The notes under the pieces were generated by a model. The model ran no database searches and was not told the origin of the DNA. It saw only the letters and a program-made list of their open reading frames with translations. DNA of 57,417 bases from Bacteroidota bacterium. GTDB lineage: Bacteria > Bacteroidota > Bacteroidia > NS11-12g > UBA955. A program made the position numbers and the translations under genes. Shown here one piece after another: positions 37,179 to 44,949 of this stretch. The stretch spans positions 1 to 57,417 of the forward strand of contig JBKCJE010000006.1 of NCBI GenBank assembly GCA_046301955.1, given 5' to 3'. Positions within the stretch are counted from its first letter, which is position 1. The number at the start of each line of letters is the position of its first letter.

Positions 37179-38099
37179 TTATTGCTTTATCAGTTGATTC
37201 CAAGGCGTTGTTTGATACTTTGCCAAGGGGCCCACTTGCGATGCAGCAAAGGTGTCGTTCACCAATAGCATATCGCCGCCCCACGCACCCAACCATTTAC
37301 ATAGGCCGCCTTTCACTGGCTGAAACCCAAAGTGCTGATAGGGCGTTTGAATTCCCAAACCCATTGATAACAGGGCTTGCCACATTTCCAGACCTGCTTC
37401 TACCATACTCACTTGCTGGGCCATTTTCACTGCGCCAGCCACTTGTTGCAATTGGTGCAACATAAATTCATCGTTTTGTATTTCTTGCAAACGCGCCTTG
37501 ACATCGCTCAGCGAATTTCTGCTGTTTTGTTTTTCGCCCAAAAACACAACCTTCCAATCTTGTGTTAGACTGGGCGATATCGTCCAAGGGCCCCAATGAT
37601 TGTTCTCACCGTCTTTCCAAAACACCAGTCCCTTCCCCACTTCCGCTACGGCCACATCATATCCACTACCGCCAAACAACTGCTGCTGAATTGCTTGTGC
37701 ATCCAAATTGGCAAATCGTGCGAAGTTTGATACCATTGTACTGGAACTACCCAAACCGCTGCTGCGATCAAATTCCAATTGGGTTTCTATGCGATACGAT
37801 TTCCCGGGTTTCCATGTGTTTTCAGGAGCCATTGCGAGCAATTGATGGATGATTTTTCGCTCATCCCGTTCTTCCAATCCTACATCGCCCAATGGCAATG
37901 CAAAACTCTCATTCAACCAAGAAGCGCCCTCGCGATCCTTGGCCTCCCAGAGAATGCGATGCTCACCGCCAGGAGAATCAAACTCCCAAACATGCATCCA
38001 CTGTCCTACAGAAACCGGCACCGCCAAAGCTTCCACACCAATGGTCACGGCATATTCGCCGCACAACATGATTTTACCGTGAGAAAAATACGATTTCAC
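37179..38099 (-). CDS. GHMP-family kinase, probable phosphomevalonate kinase
   Basis: GTG start at 38099. SHGKIMLCGEYAV, GHMP motif SSGLGSSSTMV, and GGSGYDVAVA (resembles the ERG8-type PMK GSGFDVA motif). Operon position is between HMGR and MVD. Confidence 0.6.
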   Translation of the reverse strand: MKSYFSHGKIMLCGEYAVTIGVEALAVPVSVGQWMHVWEFDSPGGEHRILWEAKDREGASWLNESFALPLGDVGLEERDERKIIHQLLAMAPENTWKPGKSYRIETQLEFDRSSGLGSSSTMVSNFARFANLDAQAIQQQLFGGSGYDVAVAEVGKGLVFWKDGENNHWGPWTISPSLTQDWKVVFLGEKQNSRNSLSDVKARLQEIQNDEFMLHQLQQVAGAVKMAQQVSMVEAGLEMWQALLSMGLGIQTPYQHFGFQPVKGGLCKWLGAWGGDMLLVNDTFAASQVGPLAKYQTTPWNQLIKQ

Positions 38100-38114
38100 A
38101 GGTGATATTTTCGA

Positions 38115-39449
38115 TTAAGCTTGGGCTTGTCCTTGGGCACGAACGCGCACAAACGCTTCCACGGCCGCTGAATGACTCACCACTTTGTCTTTGAAATAGG
38201 CTACAATTTCCTCTTTTTCGGCATCGTTGGCTTCCAATTGATTGAGGATATTGAGCAAGTGCATTTTCATGTGTCCTTTCTGAATCCCCGAAGTTATCAA
38301 GGAGCGAACGGCACTAAAATTCTGGGCCAATCCAGCCACGGCGGTAATCTGCATCAGCGCATTGGCCGAGGGGTAACCCAGCAATTCATGGGCAAAACGC
38401 ACCATGGGATGCAAGTTGGTGATGCCGCCAACGGTACCCAAACTCAAAGGCAGTTCAATCCAAAAATGAAACTCATCGCCCTCGATGGCTGCGTGGGTCA
38501 AACTGGTATACCGTCCGTCTTTGGCCGCATAGGCATGGGCACACGCTTCCGTTGCACGAAAATCATTGCCCGTAGCGATGATCACTGAATCGATACCATT
38601 CATGATGCCCTTGTTATGGGTAACGGCACGATAGGGTTCTACAGAGGCGATGCGGATGGCCCGACAAAATTTCTCGGCAAACTCTTGGTTATCGATACCG
38701 CTGCCCTCTTCAATGTCGTTGATTTTACATCTCACTTCGGCGCGGACCAGACATTCGGGGGTGAAATTGCTCAAAATACTCATCACTACTTGCAAGGGAG
38801 CATCACCCAATTCCGCTTGGTTGGCAGCCGCCAAATCGCGCAGGGTCTGGGCAAACGATTCCAAACAACTGTTGATGAAATTGGCCCCCATGCTGTCGCA
38901 AGTTTCAAAACGAGCTTCAATTTGATAATATCCCGGCTCCAAATCGGTCTTATCCACCAATCCCAAACTCAAGACACCTCCACCGCGGGCTCGCATGTTT
39001 TTGGTAATGGATTCGGTATTGGTAAAAAATTGGTCTTTGTTGGCTTCAAACAATCGATACAGGGCATCTACATTTTTGCCTTCCCAAATGAAGTGCACAT
39101 GTCCCACCTTCACCATACTCAGCACAGAGGCCTGAAAACCGCCGCGATCGAGCCAAAAATTGGCCGCTTTGGCCGCAGCCGCCACCACGGAACTCTCTTC
39201 AATGGCCAATGGGATGGCGTACATTTTTCCATTGATCAAAAAGTTGGGAGCCACACCAAAGGGCATGTAATAATTGCTGATGGTATTCTCAATGAACTCA
39301 TCGTGCAGTTTTTGCACCTCGGGTTGATTGTGCCAGTAGCCCTCCAACATATCGAGGCTGGCGCTGGGATCCGATGTATATTGCGATACAAGCCACTCTA
39401 TTTTGGCCTGTTTGTTGAGTTTGCTAAAACCTTTGATGGGCTGCTTCAT
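38115..39449 (-). CDS. mvaA: Class II hydroxymethylglutaryl-CoA reductase
   Basis: 444 aa. ENTISNYYMPFGVAPNFLINGK, EESSVVAAAA, DSMGANFIN, TGNDFRA and THNKGIMNGID are class II HMGR signatures. Confidence 0.9.
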   Translation of the reverse strand: MKQPIKGFSKLNKQAKIEWLVSQYTSDPSASLDMLEGYWHNQPEVQKLHDEFIENTISNYYMPFGVAPNFLINGKMYAIPLAIEESSVVAAAAKAANFWLDRGGFQASVLSMVKVGHVHFIWEGKNVDALYRLFEANKDQFFTNTESITKNMRARGGGVLSLGLVDKTDLEPGYYQIEARFETCDSMGANFINSCLESFAQTLRDLAAANQAELGDAPLQVVMSILSNFTPECLVRAEVRCKINDIEEGSGIDNQEFAEKFCRAIRIASVEPYRAVTHNKGIMNGIDSVIIATGNDFRATEACAHAYAAKDGRYTSLTHAAIEGDEFHFWIELPLSLGTVGGITNLHPMVRFAHELLGYPSANALMQITAVAGLAQNFSAVRSLITSGIQKGHMKMHLLNILNQLEANDAEKEEIVAYFKDKVVSHSAAVEAFVRVRAQGQAQA

Positions 39450-40459
39450 GCGTTCTCTTTGAGTGTTAAATAGGTATAGGCCAAGGCCAGTCCTTTGATT
39501 TGTGCTTCCACAAACTGATGCAAGGCGGCCTCTCCTTCCAAGGCGTATTTTAAAAAGGGCGATGCTTGGGCGTACAAAGCGGGCATCGATAATTTCTGCA
39601 GGTGGTAATATCCGTCGAGGAATGTACTTACCCCACCCGACACGATGATTTTCTCACACAACACCTTGTTTCCGAGCGATGCATGCAATTGGTTTACCCA
39701 GTCAGTCATTTCAATGGCGGTATGACCTACATGTTGCACGGGTTCAAGCAATGTCCGCTCCACAGATTCTCTGCGCAAGTTTTCCAATTTGCTAAAGTTG
39801 GTTCCGCCAAATGCACCATAATCCAACGCCGCAATTGGCAATTGTAACAACGCCGCAAGACTTTTCGGACCAAAACCCTGTCCCACTTCCTTCACGATGA
39901 TTGGAAAATCAACCGCATCCAGAACCCGCTTTACCGTTTCCAGCGGAGATAGCGCAAATCGATCCCCTTCAGGCTGCATCCATTCTTGCAAAGGATTCAC
40001 GTGAATGATCAATCCGTTGGCTTCAAGGCGATGTACCATATCGACCAATTTTTGCAATTGATTTCGTGCAATCAACTCCTCAATTTGTGCAATGCCCAAA
40101 TTGGCAAACAACGGCTGCTCACCGATGTGTTTGCGAATTTCAAAATCACGGGAGTATTCAGAATTTTCAAGGACCGGCCTACAAGAGCCCAATCCCATAC
40201 CCAAACCATAGGTTTTGCAGGCTTCTGCCAACAACAAATTGATTTTTCCGGCCATCTCCGCACCGCCCGTCATGCTGCTAATCCACAACGGAATCTGCAT
40301 GGTTGCACCGGCCAGGGTTAAGCTGGGAATGATGGTCAATTCGGGGTGGGCCGATAGCATCGGTTCGTAATAAAACCGCTGATCCGCATCGCTTAATTGC
40401 GATTCGAAAGCCAACTGAATATGGTCCAATTTTCGGGAGCTAATGGTCGAATTTGTCAC
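39446..40459 (-). CDS. fni: Type 2 isopentenyl-diphosphate delta-isomerase (FMN-dependent)
   Basis: GTG start. RKLDHIQLA, SSMTGG, IIVKEVGQG and GGTNFS are IDI-2 motifs. ATGA overlap with the HMGR start. Confidence 0.9.
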   Translation of the reverse strand: MTNSTISSRKLDHIQLAFESQLSDADQRFYYEPMLSAHPELTIIPSLTLAGATMQIPLWISSMTGGAEMAGKINLLLAEACKTYGLGMGLGSCRPVLENSEYSRDFEIRKHIGEQPLFANLGIAQIEELIARNQLQKLVDMVHRLEANGLIIHVNPLQEWMQPEGDRFALSPLETVKRVLDAVDFPIIVKEVGQGFGPKSLAALLQLPIAALDYGAFGGTNFSKLENLRRESVERTLLEPVQHVGHTAIEMTDWVNQLHASLGNKVLCEKIIVSGGVSTFLDGYYHLQKLSMPALYAQASPFLKYALEGEAALHQFVEAQIKGLALAYTYLTLKENA

Positions 40460-40466
40460 TGTTATG

Positions 40467-40474
40467 CAAAGTTA
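40467..40474 (-). promoter_or_regulatory. Candidate -7 promoter box TAACTTTG for the mevalonate operon (near-leaderless)
   Basis: Minus strand reads TAACTTTG-CATAACA-GTG(40459). Confidence 0.4.
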
Positions 40475-40545
40475 ACGATTATCTCCGTGCTTTGTTTTCT
40501 TAAACAAAACCGCAGTGAGACTTTCAAAAATTCAACAAAATACAA

Positions 40546-40926
40546 TTAGCCCAATTTGGGATTGTTTTTGTGTCGGTCCGCATCCCGCTTCGTCTTCTTC
40601 TCCATGCTTTTCTGAAAGGCCTTCGTGAGATCCACTCCAGTTTGATTTGCCAAACAAATCAACACAAATAAAACATCGGCCATTTCTTCACCCAGCGCTT
40701 CTGAACCTTGCTTTTCACCGGCTTTAAAGGATTGATCACCGTAGCTGCGCGACATCAAACGGGCCAATTCGCCTACTTCTTCCATGAGCACGGCCGTGTT
40801 GGTGAGCTCCGAAAAATATCGAACACCCACGGTTTTAATCCAAGCATCAACCAGCGCTTGTGCATCGCCCAAAGTGAGGACAGCGGCATTCGAACTCATT
40901 GAAATTTCGTTTGGCTGTTCAGACAT
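40546..40926 (-). CDS. MazG-like nucleotide pyrophosphohydrolase (YpjD-type small all-alpha NTP-PPase)
   Basis: LMEEVGELARL...EEMADVLFVLICLAN shows the EExxE...ExxD MazG-type metal motifs. 126 aa. Confidence 0.8.
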   Translation of the reverse strand: MSEQPNEISMSSNAAVLTLGDAQALVDAWIKTVGVRYFSELTNTAVLMEEVGELARLMSRSYGDQSFKAGEKQGSEALGEEMADVLFVLICLANQTGVDLTKAFQKSMEKKTKRDADRHKNNPKLG

Positions 40927-40947
40927 ATCTTAGGGTGGATACAGAAA

Positions 40948-41484
40948 TTAAAAAGGACTCTCAAACACGGAAAAATCGGGAAGAATTTCGTCTTTGGCGC
41001 TTAAAACAGGGTTTTCTACACCCCATGGGATGTTGAGTGACGGACTATTCCAAAGCACACCCCCTTCCGAAGCGGGCGCATAATAGTCGGTGCACTTATA
41101 GGTAAAGATCGTGTTGTCTTCGAGGGTTAAAAAGCCATGAGCAAATCCTGGAGGGATGTAGAGCATGCGCTTGTTCGCTGCGGTGAGTTTTTCCGCAACA
41201 AACTGTCCGTAGGTTGGCGATGACTTTCTAATATCCAGTGCTACATCCAACACGGCGCCGGTAATAACGCGGACAAATTTGCCTTGGGCATGGGGTTCCC
41301 GCTGAAAATGAAGACCCCTAAGTATGCCAGCATGCGATAAACTCTGGTTGTCTTGCACGAACGTGGGATTTCCGTAATCCATTAAAGCATCTTGGCGATA
41401 ACTCTCAAAAAAATGCCCACGATGGTCCTCAAAAACTTTCGGTTCGATGAGCAATAAATTGGGCAACAGTTCCGTTATGCGCAT
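40948..41484 (-). CDS. rfbC: dTDP-4-dehydrorhamnose 3,5-epimerase
   Basis: IEPKVFEDHRGHFFESY, LRGLHFQ, QGKFVRVITGAVLDVALDIR, and YIPPGFAHGF...YKCTDYY. ATG 41484 is preferred over the TTG at 41496. Confidence 0.95.
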   Translation of the reverse strand: MRITELLPNLLLIEPKVFEDHRGHFFESYRQDALMDYGNPTFVQDNQSLSHAGILRGLHFQREPHAQGKFVRVITGAVLDVALDIRKSSPTYGQFVAEKLTAANKRMLYIPPGFAHGFLTLEDNTIFTYKCTDYYAPASEGGVLWNSPSLNIPWGVENPVLSAKDEILPDFSVFESPF

Positions 41485-41567
41485 AATTAATCGCAAATCA
41501 CAAGGTTAAAATTCGCTTTGGCAAGAAGTTTGCGTATTAATTGCACAAGTTTTATAAACATAATCAT

Positions 41568-42473
41568 ATGCAACCCCAAAACGAATCCAACAACAAACCC
41601 CTTCTGTACACCATCATCGCGATTTTGGTGATTATCATTGGGGTGCTTCTGTACATGTTGAACAATGTGAGCACAGAACGCGACAACACTGAAAAGGCCA
41701 AGACAGCGGTTGAAGAGACATTGAAAGGCAAAGAAGAAGCCTTGGCGAAAGCGGAGTTATTATTGGAACAGTATCAGAAAGATAGTTTGGCTTTGGCCGG
41801 CGACAATTTGATTTTGTCTGAGGAGTTGGTTGCTCGTAAAAAGGAAATCAGCAAATTGGTGGCTGATTTGAAAAGCAACAAAGCCCGCAGCCAATCCAGC
41901 ATTGACGAGTTGAATAGACAGTTGGCCGATCTTACGGCACGTTTGGCACAAGTTGAAGCTGAAAACAAGGAGTTGATCGCCAAGAACGACGCATTAAACA
42001 GCGAAAACCAAAACTTGAACAACGAGAACAACAAACTCACGGTTGAGAAAACCAAATTGAAGAGTTTGGCATCGCGCTTACAAGCAAGTTCGGTAAAGAT
42101 TGAGACGTTGAAGAAAAAATGGCTCACCGGCAAAGAAACGGGCACATTGAAAGCCAGCGCTGTGGAGGCATTCCGCATTAGTTTCAGTATCAACGAAAAC
42201 AACGTGGCGGAAGCGGGTGAAAAAACCTTGTATGTAAAGATCACCGGTCCGGAAGGCGTTACTTTGGCCAATGGCGGACAGGGCGGCACATTTGATTTCG
42301 ACGGCAAATCATCGAAGTACACCTACAAACTCACCAGTGTATTCGAAAACGAATTGAAGCCCGTACAACCCACCGTATGGAAGCCAGACGCACAATTAAA
42401 GCCCGGCAAGTATGTGGTTGAGATTTATTCAGAGGGCTATAAAATGGGTTCCACCCTATTGGATTTGAAATAA
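41568..42473 (+). CDS. Membrane-anchored coiled-coil protein with C-terminal beta domain (hypothetical)
   Basis: ATG 41568 (MQPQNESNNKPLLYTIIAILVIIIGVLLYML TM anchor), then about 170 aa of heptad-like E/K/L/N-rich sequence, then a roughly 110-aa globular tail. Confidence 0.75.
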   Translation: MQPQNESNNKPLLYTIIAILVIIIGVLLYMLNNVSTERDNTEKAKTAVEETLKGKEEALAKAELLLEQYQKDSLALAGDNLILSEELVARKKEISKLVADLKSNKARSQSSIDELNRQLADLTARLAQVEAENKELIAKNDALNSENQNLNNENNKLTVEKTKLKSLASRLQASSVKIETLKKKWLTGKETGTLKASAVEAFRISFSINENNVAEAGEKTLYVKITGPEGVTLANGGQGGTFDFDGKSSKYTYKLTSVFENELKPVQPTVWKPDAQLKPGKYVVEIYSEGYKMGSTLLDLK

Positions 42474-42498
42474 TTGTATTCTGTTATATAGAATCCCT

Positions 42499-42540
42499 AA
42501 ACGAAGAAGGGGGGCGCTGCGCGCCCCCCTTCTTCGTTTT
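42499..42540. terminator. Strong bidirectional rho-independent terminator
   Basis: AAACGAAGAAGGGGGGCGC-TGC-GCGCCCCCCTTCTTCGTTTT, a stem of about 17 bp plus flanking A/T pairs, between convergent genes. Confidence 0.9.
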
Positions 42541-42562
42541 ACTTCATACCCTACGGCCAATA

Positions 42563-44860
42563 TCATTTCACGCCGTCTAACACCATCACTGTACCACTCT
42601 TGTCCATTCTCTGCCAACCTTTTGTGCTACTGGTGTATTTACCCTGAATGATGTAAATATATACGCCTTCAGGAACCAAATCACCCAAGTAATAGCCATC
42701 CCAGGGCACATCAATGGGCTGATCACGAACCAAACACTCTCCCCAACGAGAATAGATGCTGAATGTGGCATCCGCGGCACAGTTAAAAACAGGCTTCCAA
42801 CCATCGTTCTTACCCACACTCGCCCTTGGCGTGAATGCATTGGGAACCCAAAAACTGCAGTTGCATTCGCCAAACACCACATTCACCGTATCGTTGATGC
42901 TCCCGCAGAGATTCCATGTTTTTAAAATTTTCAGCGACGAACCAGAAATCCAACTTGTAGGCACTTTGCTCCCGTCTTCCCAGCGATACTGGTATATCCC
43001 CTTGCTTAACTGGGTACCATCGAGCAATGCATTGCTCCCGTTGCACAAGTTCATTTGTTTGGGTAACACCGATTTTGGCGCAGAATCCTCCATAATCAAA
43101 AACGTATCTCGCCAAACCCCACAGCGATTGCTGACTTCATACCAATATTTTCCAGATTGGGCAATACTCCTACTCCAAGAAGCATCCCCGTTTTCCCACG
43201 CGATGGTGGTTTCCGGCATCGAAGCAATATTTGCAAAGTAAGACCACCCCTTGTAGCAATACAGCGAGTCTGATAGCCTTATTTTAGCTGGTTGATCAAC
43301 ACCCACTACCACAATGGTATCTATCCTGATGCCGCAATCATTATAGGTTTTCACCCAGTAAGTTCCGGCTTTCACTAACTCCCGAGAAGCCGCAGTATCG
43401 CCGTTTTCCCAAAGATATTTGCAATCCGCAGCGCTTGCGTTTACCGCAACTTTATCTGTGCCATTGTTACAAATCTTCAACAAGCCTGGCACCTTGCGAA
43501 TTGCGTTAAAACTACAATTTCTGTAACACGAGAACTTCTCAGAGACATTCAATCCCAACGAACCTATTGAAACATCGATCAACCCCCCATTGGTGGAATT
43601 CGTGGAAGGCAAACTCACACTTTTCTCTGAGACACTGTAATTCTGAGATATCAAATCAGATTCAGGATTCACAGAGCAACCGCTCTGATCACAAGGATTG
43701 GTGAACATGATTTCAAAGTGCGTAGTGTTCGATGTCTTATTGTCGATACCAACCACCGCAATCCCCCCAAAGTGCGAACGACCCACAGGCCATCCATTGA
43801 TTTTCGCAGCAAAAGCAAAAGGCGACTCATACAGCCCTCCTCTGCTCTGAACCGACCCTAGTGTATCGTACTTAACAAAAAACTCCCGCTTCCCCACACC
43901 TGAAACCGTCGTCTGTCCAAACACCCACAATTCACCGTTATCATAGAATAGATTATCGCCAAAATCACTGTTCCCATACCCCAAATACTTCCGCCAAATC
44001 ACGTTGCCTTGCTTCGACATACAAGTAAGAAACCCATACTGCAGGCCAGAAACAACGGAAAACCCCAACAGAAATAGCTTGCCTGATGGACTCACCTCCA
44101 TATCCACGTAAATGGAATTCCCGGCAACATCGGCATACTGTCCTTTGACAAGTCGCCCAGTCTCAGAGATCTGAATCAAGGTAGGTTTCCAAACACCCGA
44201 AAACTGTGCCCAGCCAGCGACATAATAAATACTGTCAATTTTTTTAATGGCGTTTAAATGGTGCTGTGCGCCACCCAAATCAATATTTCTCGTCCAAAGG
44301 GTGTTTCCATTCTTATCCAAACTCAAAACCATCACATTGGCTTTGCCTGTTTGCTGCATCCCAGTTCCCACCGCCACAATTTGGTCTTTGGCCTCATCCA
44401 TGTGAACCCCGCGAATGGCATCATAACTGCCCGAAACAGACTCGGTGGTTCTCGACCATGCGATACTTCCCGTATTGGTTATTTTGGCGATAATCGCTAC
44501 ATCTTTGGCACCCTTACTTCTACCTGAAATCAAACAACCATCAGAAACGGGCAACGCGCTGCAATATCCTCCTTCTTGAGCCACATCACCCATCACTTTA
44601 CTAAACACGACTCCCCCGGTATCATTGAGTTTAGACAAGAAAAAATCCCTATTGGCGCTGGCTGATCTTTCAACAAATCCAGAAACCCAATACCCTTGAT
44701 TAAAATATCGTATTCCGTTCACCTCCAAATTTCGGTATCCCGTTTCTAGCAGTTGATATTGTACGTATTTCGTCAAACTATTTGACCCACAAATCGGCTG
44801 CTGCGCCATACCCGAAATTTGAAACAAGCAGGTTATGAATAGTAACAATATGATCCTCAT
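42563..44860 (-). CDS. Large secreted protein with T9SS type-B (gliding-motility CHU_C-type) C-terminal domain
   Basis: ATG 44860 (MRIILLLFITCLFQISGMAQQ). The middle carries three repeats of a W-E-N/D-G-...-C-G module (YLWENGDTAASRE..., IAWENGDASWSRS..., YRWEDGSKVPTSW...). The C-terminus is FWVPNAFTPRASVGKNDGWKPVF...FSIYSRWGECLV...WDGYYLGDLVPEGVYIYIIQ. Confidence 0.85.
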   Translation of the reverse strand: MRIILLLFITCLFQISGMAQQPICGSNSLTKYVQYQLLETGYRNLEVNGIRYFNQGYWVSGFVERSASANRDFFLSKLNDTGGVVFSKVMGDVAQEGGYCSALPVSDGCLISGRSKGAKDVAIIAKITNTGSIAWSRTTESVSGSYDAIRGVHMDEAKDQIVAVGTGMQQTGKANVMVLSLDKNGNTLWTRNIDLGGAQHHLNAIKKIDSIYYVAGWAQFSGVWKPTLIQISETGRLVKGQYADVAGNSIYVDMEVSPSGKLFLLGFSVVSGLQYGFLTCMSKQGNVIWRKYLGYGNSDFGDNLFYDNGELWVFGQTTVSGVGKREFFVKYDTLGSVQSRGGLYESPFAFAAKINGWPVGRSHFGGIAVVGIDNKTSNTTHFEIMFTNPCDQSGCSVNPESDLISQNYSVSEKSVSLPSTNSTNGGLIDVSIGSLGLNVSEKFSCYRNCSFNAIRKVPGLLKICNNGTDKVAVNASAADCKYLWENGDTAASRELVKAGTYWVKTYNDCGIRIDTIVVVGVDQPAKIRLSDSLYCYKGWSYFANIASMPETTIAWENGDASWSRSIAQSGKYWYEVSNRCGVWRDTFLIMEDSAPKSVLPKQMNLCNGSNALLDGTQLSKGIYQYRWEDGSKVPTSWISGSSLKILKTWNLCGSINDTVNVVFGECNCSFWVPNAFTPRASVGKNDGWKPVFNCAADATFSIYSRWGECLVRDQPIDVPWDGYYLGDLVPEGVYIYIIQGKYTSSTKGWQRMDKSGTVMVLDGVK

Positions 44861-44888
44861 ACATTTTGACTTATAACGAATATAGACC

Positions 44889-44920
44889 GAAAAAAACAAA
44901 GGGGCGTTGCCGCCCCTTTG
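44889..44920 (-). terminator. Rho-independent terminator after the TPR gene
   Basis: Minus strand reads CAAAGGGGCG-GCAA-CGCCCCTTTG followed by TTTTTTT. Confidence 0.85.
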
Positions 44921-44949
44921 TAACCATATGAAATCGACCAATTTTTGCC

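Noticed and set aside
38616-39473. 285-aa plus-strand ORF, the longest unexplained ORF in the track.
   Set aside because: It is antisense to the class II HMG-CoA reductase gene, whose motifs are unambiguous. The Gly/His/Phe-rich sequence has no recognisable domain. Long antisense ORFs are expected by chance in codon-biased genes.
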